Assembly: GCA_902779665.1 (NCBI GenBank)
Contig: CACZCN010000014.1
Span: 1,403-65,402, forward strand
Direction: 5' to 3'
From: an uncultured Prevotellaceae bacterium
GTDB lineage: Bacteria; Bacteroidota; Bacteroidia; Bacteroidales; Bacteroidaceae
Length of the DNA stretch: 64,000 bases
The notes beneath the pieces were generated by a model. That model made no database searches. It saw nothing but the letters and a program-made list of their open reading frames with translations, and was not told the DNA's origin. Each line of letters opens with the position of its first letter. Within the stretch, counting starts at the first letter, position 1. A program made the translations under genes and the position numbers. This document shows, piece after piece, positions 1 to 9,299 of this stretch.

Positions 1-420
1 GGCGAACCGGAATTTGACAAGCTCCATGCAGTTCTCGGTCATGCTATGCTCAGCATCAATGCTGTCAAGGGCTTTGAATACGGCGAAGGATTTGCCGGTG
101 TCAATCAGCGTGGTTCTCAGCAGAATGATGTGTTCACAACAGATGCCAACGGCAATATATGTACCAAGACCAATCATAGCGGCGGCATACAAGGTGGTTT
201 GTCAAATGGCGAGGACATCTACTTCCGAGTAGCCTTCAAGCCTGTGGCTACAATCCTTATGGAACAGGACACCGTAGATATGGAAGGTAATGCCACAGTT
301 CTAAAGGCTCGTGGACGTCATGACCCTTGTGTGTTGCCTCGTGCTGTACCTATCGTAGAGGCTATGGCTGCGTCCGTTATCCTCGATGCGTATCTGCTTA
401 ATAAGACAACAATTCTATAA
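1..420 (+). CDS. aroC: chorismate synthase, C-terminal part (runs in from window edge)
   Basis: Frame open from base 1 ([26 protein letters not shown]); [24 protein letters not shown] and [11 protein letters not shown] motifs. Confidence 0.96.
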   Translation, partial: GEPEFDKLHAVLGHAMLSINAVKGFEYGEGFAGVNQRGSQQNDVFTTDANGNICTKTNHSGGIQGGLSNGEDIYFRVAFKPVATILMEQDTVDMEGNATVLKARGRHDPCVLPRAVPIVEAMAASVILDAYLLNKTTIL

Positions 421-426
421 GTACGG

Positions 427-529
427 TTTATTCGCAAAGTTCATAAAGCTACACAAGTTCACTTGTTCAATGTGTTTTTCTACAATCACGAATTTGGTAC
501 TTGAATAGCTTGATGAGTTTGCGAATAAA
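427..529. repeat. intergenic imperfect inverted repeat with 9-bp internal period
   Basis: TTTATTCGCAAA (427-438) and TTTGCGAATAAA (518-529) are exact reverse complements; AAAGT/AAAGC/CAAGT at 436/445/454 mirrored by ACTTG/GCTTG/GTTTG at 499/508/517. Confidence 0.75.
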
Positions 530-600
530 TTATAATAATACCCCCTACCCCATTTGTAGATACACATGTAAATCATTATTCTGAACCTTAACAAAGATAT

Positions 601-1233
601 ATGAAAGTCATCATACTAAATGGAAGTCCTAAGGCTGAAGGCAATACTGCCACAGCATTACATGAGGTTGAGCGTACCCTTAACCAACAGGGTATTGAGA
701 CGGAATGGATACACGTTGGGCATCGGCAGATACACGGCTGTATTGCGTGTAATAAATGCTGGGACACAAACGAATGTTGTTTCCACGACATTGTTAATGA
801 GATTTCAGAGAAAATGGATGCTGCCGACGGTCTCCTTATCGGTTCTCCCGTGTATTTCGCTTCGGCATCAGGCACCCTACTCTCACTTCTCGACCGTCTC
901 TTCTACTCCACCCTTCACAAGAATTGGACGATGAAGGTTGGTGCTTCCGTTGCCGTAGCTCGTCGTGGCGGTGCAACAGCTACAATGGATGTGCTCAACA
1001 AATACTTCCTCAAGACCAACATGCCTGTCGTTCCGTCGCAATATTGGAGTATAGCTCATGGTACAGAGCCAGGAGAGGTCGTTCAGGACGAGGAAGGTAT
1101 GCAGACAATGCGACAGTTAGGATTAAACATGGCGTTTATGATAAAAAGCCTACGTCTTGGTTTGGAGCAATTCGGCTCTCCCAAAATCGAGGAACAACTT
1201 GTAGAAACCCACTATATCCGTACTCTCAAGTAA
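601..1233 (+). CDS. iron-sulfur flavoprotein / NADPH-dependent FMN reductase family (flavodoxin fold)
   Basis: NGSPKAEGNT FMN loop, CIACNKC-x5-C cysteine motif, GSPVYF, RRGG. Confidence 0.88.
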   Translation: MKVIILNGSPKAEGNTATALHEVERTLNQQGIETEWIHVGHRQIHGCIACNKCWDTNECCFHDIVNEISEKMDAADGLLIGSPVYFASASGTLLSLLDRLFYSTLHKNWTMKVGASVAVARRGGATATMDVLNKYFLKTNMPVVPSQYWSIAHGTEPGEVVQDEEGMQTMRQLGLNMAFMIKSLRLGLEQFGSPKIEEQLVETHYIRTLK

Positions 1234-1240
1234 TAAACAC

Positions 1241-2287
1241 ATGGAACAAGAACCAGTCTTAAACGAACATAACAAGCAGGAATATGAACCTGCGCATACG
1301 AGAGGAACTAACACGCCCTTAAAGTATTGGGATGTCTTTCGTGTTCTCATTTTTACGGCATTAATATTCTTCACAGGATGTGCTTCTCGGAACAAGTTGG
1401 CAAAAAATGATGGATATTGTCCGACATTTCTGTATGAAGGTCAACTTGTTGATCATGATGGAACATCCTCGAATGTCAGTATCTCATTAATGACCTTGTT
1501 GGATTCTACTTTGGTAGGTTCGTATTATTTCGATACGTTGTCAAGTGTCACATATAGTCTTGGAGGAAAAGCGAACCAAGACAAGACCTTTGATATGGGT
1601 GAATTTAGAAACGGCAATCTATCATTTATTTGGAAAGGCACAAAAAATGACGGAGGAAAGACTATAGAAGGAACAAGAACAGATATAAACAATCAAAAAG
1701 AATATAGGTTTAAGGCATCTGTTGTCTTTGGCAAAAGTTATTGGGACTATATCCGTAAAAAGGAGAGCTGTGTTTCATATACAGACTTGAAAGATGCCCT
1801 CCGTCACAGGGACAAGGTTCTTCGTGTTGACTTTGAAAACCGAGGTTGGACTTCACTACCTGCAGAAATGGCAGAACTTTCAAAACTGAAGTCTGTCAAT
1901 CTATTGGGAAATATGATAGACACTTTTCCGCCAATACTGGCACAAATGAAGAATGTATTCTATCTCAGCCTCTGTTCAAACAAAATGAAGTACATAGGCT
2001 CTGAAATCGGAGAAATGACCAATTTGAGGGTGCTCATCATCAATATGAATCATCTTCACAGTCTTCCCAAGGAAATAGGCAACCTAAAGAATTTAATGTA
2101 CCTTGATATAGGGGATAATCCCATAGACTGTCTTCCTGAAGAAATAAAAAACCTCACCAAACTACAGGAACTGCATATAGATAATTGGCAACCATCGTCA
2201 AAACGTTTCTCCGACGAATATAAGCAGCATTTGCAAAATTTGCTCCCAAACTGTAGAATACATTTTGATAAAAACGACCACCAATAA
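1241..2287 (+). CDS. leucine-rich-repeat protein, probable lipoprotein
   Basis: Hydrophobic stretch ending FTGC (lipobox-like); C-terminal 23-aa LRRs such as LPKEIGNLKNLMYLDIGDNPI. Confidence 0.8.
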   Translation: MEQEPVLNEHNKQEYEPAHTRGTNTPLKYWDVFRVLIFTALIFFTGCASRNKLAKNDGYCPTFLYEGQLVDHDGTSSNVSISLMTLLDSTLVGSYYFDTLSSVTYSLGGKANQDKTFDMGEFRNGNLSFIWKGTKNDGGKTIEGTRTDINNQKEYRFKASVVFGKSYWDYIRKKESCVSYTDLKDALRHRDKVLRVDFENRGWTSLPAEMAELSKLKSVNLLGNMIDTFPPILAQMKNVFYLSLCSNKMKYIGSEIGEMTNLRVLIINMNHLHSLPKEIGNLKNLMYLDIGDNPIDCLPEEIKNLTKLQELHIDNWQPSSKRFSDEYKQHLQNLLPNCRIHFDKNDHQ

Positions 2288-2288
2288 T

Positions 2289-2753
2289 ATGGAAAAAGAA
2301 CTCTTTTTAAACACTCACAACAAAGACGAGTTCCCACCTGCACATACAGCCGAGCACCTTCTTAATCAAACGATGATAAGGATGTTCGGATGCGAGCGTT
2401 CAAGGAATGCGCATATCGAGCGTAAGAAGTCGAAGATAAACTATAATCTCAGCTCCTGCCCTACCCCAGAACAAGTGGCAGAGATTGAACGTAGGATGAA
2501 TGAGCTTATACAACAGGATTTACCTGTCACCTTTGAGTTTGTTACTCGTGATAACATTCCTGAAGGTGTTGTGCTCGACAAACTGCCAGAAGATGCAAGT
2601 GAAACTTTGCGTATTGTCCGCATAGGTGACTATGATATCTGTGCCTGTATCGGAAGTCATGTAAAGAGCTCAAAGGAGATTGAATCCTTCAAAATAACGA
2701 GTACAAGCTATAATGATGGAAGTTTTAGAATTGTATATAAAGTAAAAGTATGA
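2289..2753 (+). CDS. free-standing AlaX-like / ThrRS-AlaRS editing domain protein
   Basis: HTAEH (HxxxH) and CIGSH (CxGxH) zinc motifs; ATG 2289 preferred over upstream start 2265. Confidence 0.85.
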   Translation: MEKELFLNTHNKDEFPPAHTAEHLLNQTMIRMFGCERSRNAHIERKKSKINYNLSSCPTPEQVAEIERRMNELIQQDLPVTFEFVTRDNIPEGVVLDKLPEDASETLRIVRIGDYDICACIGSHVKSSKEIESFKITSTSYNDGSFRIVYKVKV

Positions 2754-3037
2754 CACGAAAGCAGATAACATCGCTACTATTGCTTGGAGCATCAATAATA
2801 TATGATGTGATTCCGGCAGATTTCATTCCCGACATCCCATTTGTCGGGTGGCTTGATGATATGCTCGTCACTTCATCAGCAGCTCTCAACTGCCTTCAGC
2901 AGTTTGGTGTTAATGCCAATGGAAAGGTTGACAGACTGCTCAAATGGCTCAAATGGATATGCATACTCCTTGCAATCCTCGTCATCATAGTCGTGATTCT
3001 GCTTGCAGGAACTATAGTCGATATGGTGAATAAATAA
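2750..3037 (+). CDS. DUF1232/YkvA-like small membrane protein
   Basis: YDVIPADFIPDIPFVGWLDD signature; ATGA overlap with previous gene. Confidence 0.8.
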   Translation: MTRKQITSLLLLGASIIYDVIPADFIPDIPFVGWLDDMLVTSSAALNCLQQFGVNANGKVDRLLKWLKWICILLAILVIIVVILLAGTIVDMVNK

Positions 3038-3040
3038 GAA

Positions 3041-3940
3041 TTGAAATTGCAGATGATCTCACGTGACCAGAAAATATACAGAGTGACATTGACAGGCAGT
3101 ATTGTGAACATGATACTGCTCGTGATGAAGTTTGTGGCGGGAATACTCGGAAACTCTGCTGCAATGATTGCCGACGCTGTACATTCACTTAGTGATTTCC
3201 TCACAGATATTGTCGTCATTGCACTCGTAAAGCTTAGTAGCAAGCCTGCCGACAAAGATCATGACTATGGTCACGGGAAGTACGAGACCATTGCTACGTC
3301 CATTATCGGTATGGCACTTGTCGTAGTTGCCGTCATGCTTGCTTGGAATGGAATTGAGAAAATCATTTTCGTAATAAAAGGTGGAGAGATAGAATCTCCA
3401 TGTATGATTGCCTTTGTCGCAGCTGTTGTAAGTATCTTGTTGAAGGAGTGGGTGTTCCGCGTTACGAAGAAAGTAGCACTTGAAGTGAATTCGCAAGCCT
3501 TAGAAGCCAATGCCTGGCACCACAGAAGCGATGCGTTCTCGTCAATAGGTACGGCTATAGGCATTGGTGGAGCGGTACTCTTAGGTAATAAATGGGTTGT
3601 CCTCGACCCTATCGCCGCAGTCATCGTGAGCGTCCTTATCTTCATCACAGCCTTCCGACTTCTTCGTCAAGCTTCAGGTGAACTTCTTGAGGAAAGTCTT
3701 CCAAAGGAAACGGAGGATAAGATTGAGGCTATCGTTTATCAAGATTCGCTCGTCAGCGACATACATAATCTTCATACCCGCAGGATTGGAAGTATCATAG
3801 CCATAGAAATGCATCTTCGTCTTCCTGGCGATATTAGTCTTGAGGAATCCCATCGTCACGCTACCGCTATCGAGCGTGCGCTAAGGGATGAATTTGGCTC
3901 TGGAACACATATTATGCTGCATATCGAGCCTGTAAAATAA
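3041..3940 (+). CDS. cation diffusion facilitator (FieF-like) metal efflux transporter
   Basis: ADAVHSLSD, HDYGHGKYE, WHHRSDA motifs and C-terminal HIEP; start could be ATG 3053. Confidence 0.93.
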   Translation: MKLQMISRDQKIYRVTLTGSIVNMILLVMKFVAGILGNSAAMIADAVHSLSDFLTDIVVIALVKLSSKPADKDHDYGHGKYETIATSIIGMALVVVAVMLAWNGIEKIIFVIKGGEIESPCMIAFVAAVVSILLKEWVFRVTKKVALEVNSQALEANAWHHRSDAFSSIGTAIGIGGAVLLGNKWVVLDPIAAVIVSVLIFITAFRLLRQASGELLEESLPKETEDKIEAIVYQDSLVSDIHNLHTRRIGSIIAIEMHLRLPGDISLEESHRHATAIERALRDEFGSGTHIMLHIEPVK

Positions 3941-3957
3941 CATAACTGTATTTATTC

Positions 3958-4452
3958 ATGAAAATGAAAATAAGAAAACTGACACCTTCTGATAGAGATT
4001 CTTTCTTTGAACTCACAAATACTGTCGTAGAGGCGTTGGAAAATAAGGATTACCTTATTCCAATGTCAAAGGAAGAAGCAGATGCCACATTTCGTGATGA
4101 TAGTGAGGATATTGTATTAGGTGCTTTCATTGACGAAAAACTTGTGGCTACACTTGGTCTTTTTCATGACATCCGCGACTATGCCTACGAACTGCCAAAC
4201 AATTACCTTACTCTCAAAGGGGCTGAGATTGGAGAGGCTATGGTACTTCCGGATTTTCGTAGAAACGGATTGATGAACCAACTGCTGGATGCTCTTCAAA
4301 CCTATATTCATAGTAGCCGCCTTGACTACCTTCTTGCTACTGCCCATCCCGATAACGTCAGCAATCACCTTATCATAAAAGCAGATTTTAACTTGCTTAA
4401 GGTGTTTGAAAGACGTGGATATACAAGGAATATGTATATAAAGAAACTTTGA
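3958..4452 (+). CDS. GNAT family N-acetyltransferase
   Basis: MVLPDFRRNGL acetyl-CoA motif A; ATAHPDN. Confidence 0.8.
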   Translation: MKMKIRKLTPSDRDSFFELTNTVVEALENKDYLIPMSKEEADATFRDDSEDIVLGAFIDEKLVATLGLFHDIRDYAYELPNNYLTLKGAEIGEAMVLPDFRRNGLMNQLLDALQTYIHSSRLDYLLATAHPDNVSNHLIIKADFNLLKVFERRGYTRNMYIKKL

Positions 4453-4466
4453 ATTTCTACCGTAGT

Positions 4467-4600
4467 GCTTCCCATAATCCTCCCTTACTCCTCTGTACCA
4501 TACTCGGTGATTCTTCGCTTCTCCACCGACTTTGCACCGACTTTGGTACGGAGGAAGAGCGAAGGTAGAACGAAGGATGAGCGAAGGAGCATCGAACTAT
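4467..4600. repeat. 11-bp-period inverted repeat array
   Basis: CG at 4505, 4516, 4527, 4538, 4549, 4560, 4571, 4582, 4593; CTTCG-like units on the left, CGAAG units on the right. Confidence 0.85.
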
Positions 4601-4681
4601 AGTATAGAAATCATCTTAAATAGGAATATCTCATAATTGAAAAAAAACAGCAAAAAATTTGGGTGCAATGCATTTTTTTCG

Positions 4682-4689
4682 TAATTTTG
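4682..4689 (+). promoter_or_regulatory. Bacteroidetes -7 promoter box TAATTTTG
   Basis: Matches TAnnTTTG about 50 bp before ATG 4741. Confidence 0.6.
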
Positions 4690-4740
4690 CATTTGCGTAA
4701 TGCAAAAAAATAATTTTTAACACCTAAAACTTAAAAAACT

Positions 4741-5454
4741 ATGACACTAGAGAATGTTTACAAAGACGCATGGGAGATAGGTAAAAAGAATTGCGGCTTC
4801 TTAATTGCTTTCGGGTTGGTTTTGTCAATATGTAGTTCGCTTACAAGCAGACCAAACGACCAGAACTCGGAAAAAATAATGAAAAAAGTTGCTGAAGGAG
4901 ATATGCAATTTGCAGAGGCTTTACAGGAACTTGCGAAAAACTTATCTTTTCTTGATATAACACTAATAATAATAAGTGTACTCCTAACAATATATGTCAC
5001 TATTGCTTTATATCGCTATGTTAAGAAGATTGTTGATGATGAAGATGTTGATTTTAAGGAATTGATAAATTCATCAGCAAAGGTGTATGGCATGTTTTTT
5101 GTAAAAAATCTTCTGTTATATCTTGCTGTTGGACTTGGACTTATGCTCTGTGTGTTGCCTGGAATATATCTTGCGGTAAGACTGACATTTGTGCAATATA
5201 TAGCTGCCAATGAGCCAGAGCTTAGCGTTAGCGAGACATTCTCTAAGTCAATGAATCTGACAAAAGGTAGATTCTGGCAGTTGTTAGGATATGGTATCGT
5301 GGCATGCATTATTGTATTAGCCGGTTTATTGCTCTGTTGTGTAGGTGTTTTATTCACAGAGCCATTGGCATACGTATTCATGGGAGTTGTATATAAGGAA
5401 CTCGTTCAAGAGAATTTAGCTCCTGAATCTTTGGAGAATGATGAAGTGCAATAA
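4741..5454 (+). CDS. multi-pass membrane protein (DUF975/YciC-like)
   Basis: Four hydrophobic segments; LCVLPGIYLAVRL and SMNLTKGRFWQL pattern. Confidence 0.7.
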   Translation: MTLENVYKDAWEIGKKNCGFLIAFGLVLSICSSLTSRPNDQNSEKIMKKVAEGDMQFAEALQELAKNLSFLDITLIIISVLLTIYVTIALYRYVKKIVDDEDVDFKELINSSAKVYGMFFVKNLLLYLAVGLGLMLCVLPGIYLAVRLTFVQYIAANEPELSVSETFSKSMNLTKGRFWQLLGYGIVACIIVLAGLLLCCVGVLFTEPLAYVFMGVVYKELVQENLAPESLENDEVQ

Positions 5455-5812
5455 GACAGTAATATTGTCGATAAGCATCCTTGTTGTAGCATGTATCATA
5501 TTGGCATTGGGTAATCCACATAGCCTTTCGTGGCCTTTGAAGTGTCCGTTATATCAAATTACAGGTCTTCAATGTCCATTATGCGGAATGCAGAGAGCCA
5601 TTCATGAATTGTTACACGGAAATATGAAAGAAGCCTGGAGTCTTAACCCAGGCTTCTTTCTGTTCTCTCCTTATTTGTTGGTAGTTCTTGTCGGTACAAT
5701 CTTCCCTAACCTGCAGAAGACCAATAGTATAGTCCGATTTTGTTTACGCGACAAAATCATTTTCCTTGCCCTCATAGCGCTTTTGGTATGGGGAATCGTA
5801 AGGAATTTATGA
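5438..5812 (+). CDS. DUF2752 membrane protein
   Basis: CPLYQITGLQCPLCGMQRA signature. Confidence 0.85.
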   Translation: MMKCNKTVILSISILVVACIILALGNPHSLSWPLKCPLYQITGLQCPLCGMQRAIHELLHGNMKEAWSLNPGFFLFSPYLLVVLVGTIFPNLQKTNSIVRFCLRDKIIFLALIALLVWGIVRNL

Positions 5813-5822
5813 TTGTAAATAA

Positions 5823-8549
5823 CTAATCTATACGATAGATTCTGACAGGACTGTTAAGACCGGATGGCATAGGTTTCCAACGGTTGTATTTGCGATGTTT
5901 ATAGTTGATGTCAACAATGTTGATATCATCAAACTTTCTCCATTTCACCCCCCTTTTATCCATATCTGCGATTCGGTTGGCAGGAAGGTTGGTTACCTCA
6001 ATACGCAGAGAGTTGCCTTTCTGCTTGAGAATTGAGTTGTCAAAGGTCAGGATATAAGGTACACACCAAGCGCATCCTACATATACATCGTTTATATAGA
6101 CACGTGCGGATTCACGTACATCTCCAAGGTCTATCGCCCATTTGCTAGGATCAACTCGTCTTGCATCATCTTTTCTGAGCGGTGAATCGAAAGAAATCTC
6201 ATATACACCTGTTCCCATTGTGACTTTTGCAGATTCGTTGTCAAGAGTCTCCCAAGTGCGGAGTTTACCAATATTAAATGTTTCGTTAACCTTTGGTGCT
6301 TCCTCGATAAAAGACAGTTTCCAGTTATCTTCTAATTTTACTGTATCTGTTTGAGATTCATTCAGATTATGGAACTCTAGTGACGGTAAGGATAGTTCCT
6401 GCGGCTCATTGAACGTCTGGAGAATCATTGATTGGCCAGAGCGAAGTGTGATATGTACCTTTCCCCCACCCTGTATTTCTGCAGTATATTGTTTGCCTGT
6501 GAGGGGATCAATCCACATCGCTTCTGTGAATCCTACGATCAGATGCACTTTTGCATTAATATCATTAGGTGTTAGGTTGGCTATGAAATAATGGTAGCCG
6601 GCCTCGTTCTTTCTGCGGATGAGCTTAAGTCCGAGTTGATTGCGCATAGGCTCAGGATTACAGCAACTTTCCATATCCTCGCGTTTTACGCCTGTCAAGA
6701 TACATGCCCCTTGCGCCTTGAGTTGGGCGATATGATTCCTTACATCCTCCGTCATAATTGTATTGTCGCTTGGGATGATGAGTCCAGAGTATGGCTGTCC
6801 CGAAGCGGTAACAAGTTTTCCGTCTTTGTATGAGGTGGAAAGAAGGAATTTCTCGCTTATATAGTCGCAGTCATAGCCTGCCTTGTCAATCTGGTTTATC
6901 GTTTCGACAAACTCAGGTGCAAGTTCACCCATTTTATGAATGGAGAACTGCATGAGACGATTGTCATGAGTCTCTTTCGTCCACATATCCCTTACTGGCA
7001 GGAGAACAAGGAAGTCATTATCAGGTTTCCCCCATTGTAGGTATGACTGGCAGCGTTCAATGTACTTCATGAGCTCTGGGGCATCACGCCAGATGCTGTT
7101 TGTCGGACTCATGTCAACAGACGCATAGAACTTCCATCCTGGCCAGGAATCATCCTTCGGAGAATAGCATGTTCCGTGGATATAAACATTGTTTACGCCG
7201 GCACAGAACATAAGATCGAGATCAGGCTTCATCTGTGAAAGGGATGTACGGAAATGCTCTGTAAGCCAAGTGAAGGTCTCGCTTGATGCGAGTTTCTTGC
7301 CGTTGATATGTGCAGCCGAAGGAGCATACTTGAGCATTGAGAAATCTGAATCGTTCTTTCTCGTGTGCTTAACGTCCTTACGTAATCCTTTGATACCGAA
7401 GTCGGTAAGCCCGAATCCTTCAATCTCTGGTATATCCACAGCAGAATAGCAGTCGATTAGGTTTGCAGGTGAGCCGTGAGCCTGATTTCGGGTTATAACT
7501 CCATGATTATGCGCCCATTCTGTCCATGTTTGTGTGAAGTTCTCGAAAATGAGCTCGCCGAGGGTTTCGCGGTAGTCGGACACGACCTTTACATCGCCGT
7601 CAATAAGTTTCTCGATGTTATCCTCAAGTTTGTACCCTCTTCGTTTCTCGAACTCAGGGAAGAGATTTGGGGTATAGTCAGCCTCACTTACCTCATACGA
7701 GTCGTTGAAGAAGGTATGAGGATATGGTGTATTTGTCTTCTCGAAGGCATCGCTGATATGCTTTAGATAGTTGAGTACGGCCTGTTTGTTGAAATGGTCA
7801 ACGACAAAGCCAGTACCGCCAGGAGCGGCACGTTTTACCATCATAACTCCCATCTGCTTCCATAGGGTGATGATTCGCCAATCGCCCTTTGCTATCTTTT
7901 GCTTCTTGTCAAGTGGAACAAGACGTCCTTTTTTATTAATAGTCAAGCGTGCAAAAGAGTCGCCCTTGCTTCCCGACTTACGATAGGCATAGATGCCGAT
8001 AAGGCGCTTGTCATCGAGCGTGTCGGGGATTTCTACGAAAGTGGAGTCGTCAATCTGTACAGGCAGAGGTTTGGGAGGTTCAGGCTTATAGCGGCTTATG
8101 AGCGAAGAATGTATGGTTGTATCGCATACGAGGAGCTTTGAGGCACTCTCTTCCATAGGCACCCAAGGACCGCCAAACGGCCATCCTGTTCCTGTTGCCA
8201 TATCGATTTGGATATTGTATTTCCTCCCCTCAGACTGTACGAAACGGAGCATTTCCATCCATTTAGGAGACAGAAACTCTATGTTCTTCTGCTCATTGTT
8301 GAGCACACCATATATAGGTGTAATCTCAAGTGCGCCTATTCCACAATCCGCATACTGTTTCATGCTCCATGAGATGTTCTCTTTGTCGATAGCAGAGCCC
8401 ATCCACCACCATCTTGCACCTGGTTTTGTCGTCTTTGTGCTTGGAGGCGTTACCTGAGCAAAAGCTGAAGAGGAAAGGAGAAAAGCGAAAAAGCAGGCCA
8501 AACCTTCTCTAAAGGAAGGATGTTTTATAGAGTTTATAAAAAAAGACAT
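5823..8549 (-). CDS. glycoside hydrolase family 106 (alpha-L-rhamnosidase-like), secreted
   Basis: Signal peptide; ARWWWMG, EITPIYG, GWPFGGP, NDSYE, QAHGSP, SETFTWL motifs. Confidence 0.85.
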   Translation of the reverse strand: MSFFINSIKHPSFREGLACFFAFLLSSSAFAQVTPPSTKTTKPGARWWWMGSAIDKENISWSMKQYADCGIGALEITPIYGVLNNEQKNIEFLSPKWMEMLRFVQSEGRKYNIQIDMATGTGWPFGGPWVPMEESASKLLVCDTTIHSSLISRYKPEPPKPLPVQIDDSTFVEIPDTLDDKRLIGIYAYRKSGSKGDSFARLTINKKGRLVPLDKKQKIAKGDWRIITLWKQMGVMMVKRAAPGGTGFVVDHFNKQAVLNYLKHISDAFEKTNTPYPHTFFNDSYEVSEADYTPNLFPEFEKRRGYKLEDNIEKLIDGDVKVVSDYRETLGELIFENFTQTWTEWAHNHGVITRNQAHGSPANLIDCYSAVDIPEIEGFGLTDFGIKGLRKDVKHTRKNDSDFSMLKYAPSAAHINGKKLASSETFTWLTEHFRTSLSQMKPDLDLMFCAGVNNVYIHGTCYSPKDDSWPGWKFYASVDMSPTNSIWRDAPELMKYIERCQSYLQWGKPDNDFLVLLPVRDMWTKETHDNRLMQFSIHKMGELAPEFVETINQIDKAGYDCDYISEKFLLSTSYKDGKLVTASGQPYSGLIIPSDNTIMTEDVRNHIAQLKAQGACILTGVKREDMESCCNPEPMRNQLGLKLIRRKNEAGYHYFIANLTPNDINAKVHLIVGFTEAMWIDPLTGKQYTAEIQGGGKVHITLRSGQSMILQTFNEPQELSLPSLEFHNLNESQTDTVKLEDNWKLSFIEEAPKVNETFNIGKLRTWETLDNESAKVTMGTGVYEISFDSPLRKDDARRVDPSKWAIDLGDVRESARVYINDVYVGCAWCVPYILTFDNSILKQKGNSLRIEVTNLPANRIADMDKRGVKWRKFDDINIVDINYKHRKYNRWKPMPSGLNSPVRIYRID

Positions 8550-8582
8550 TATATTTAATTGTTTAGGTGTAGTGGTGTCGTT

Positions 8583-9053
8583 TTACTCATGATGATATGG
8601 CTCACCTTTGATAATGGTGCAAGCCCTGTATATCTGCTCTGTGAACACAAGTCGTACCATCTGATGTGAGAAAGTCATTTTTGACAGGCTTATCTTCTCG
8701 TTTGCCCTCTGATACATAGAATCGGAGAACCCGTATGGACCGCCTATAACGAAGACAAGACGGCGTACAGAAGCATTCTTCTGTTCTATCCATTTCGCGA
8801 ACTCCACAGAACGGAACTCCTTACCATGCTCGTCAAGTAAGACAACATGGTCGGAAGGCTGTAACTTGGCAAGCAACATTTCTCCCTCGCGTTCCTTCTG
8901 TTGTGCTTCAGAAAGGGCTTTCGTGTTCTTCAGTTCGGGAATAACAGTTATCGAGAATGGCATATAATGGCCGATTCTCGATGTATAGTCGTCTATTCCT
9001 GCCTGAAAATGCTTGTCGTTAGTTTTACCGATTAATATGAGCTCTGTCTTCAT
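8583..9053 (-). CDS. rlmH: 23S rRNA pseudouridine-1915 N3-methyltransferase
   Basis: FVIGGPYGF, SLSKMTFSHQMVRL, EQIYRA, GEPYHH. Confidence 0.97.
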   Translation of the reverse strand: MKTELILIGKTNDKHFQAGIDDYTSRIGHYMPFSITVIPELKNTKALSEAQQKEREGEMLLAKLQPSDHVVLLDEHGKEFRSVEFAKWIEQKNASVRRLVFVIGGPYGFSDSMYQRANEKISLSKMTFSHQMVRLVFTEQIYRACTIIKGEPYHHE

Positions 9054-9061
9054 ATTTATAA

Positions 9062-9129
9062 TTGAGTGATTAGAGTTTAGTGATTAGTGTTGGGGGTGGA
9101 GTATAATCCTCTAGACACCAAGCTCTAAA
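9062..9129. repeat. 7-bp-period inverted array
   Basis: TTGAGTG ATTAGAG TTTAGTG ATTAGTG followed by complementary-type units CTCTAGA...CTCTAAA. Confidence 0.55.
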
Positions 9130-9299
9130 CTTTTCGAAATGCAAATATAGTAAAAAATTTGTGTATTACCAATATAAATTAGAAATTTCGTTGATATTTA
9201 TTAAAAAAAGTGTCCTTTTCTTTCATTTTAAAAATCTTTTTTCTACTTTTGTAGTCATGTAATTTTGTAATTAAATAATCATACAATAAAAAACAGAAA

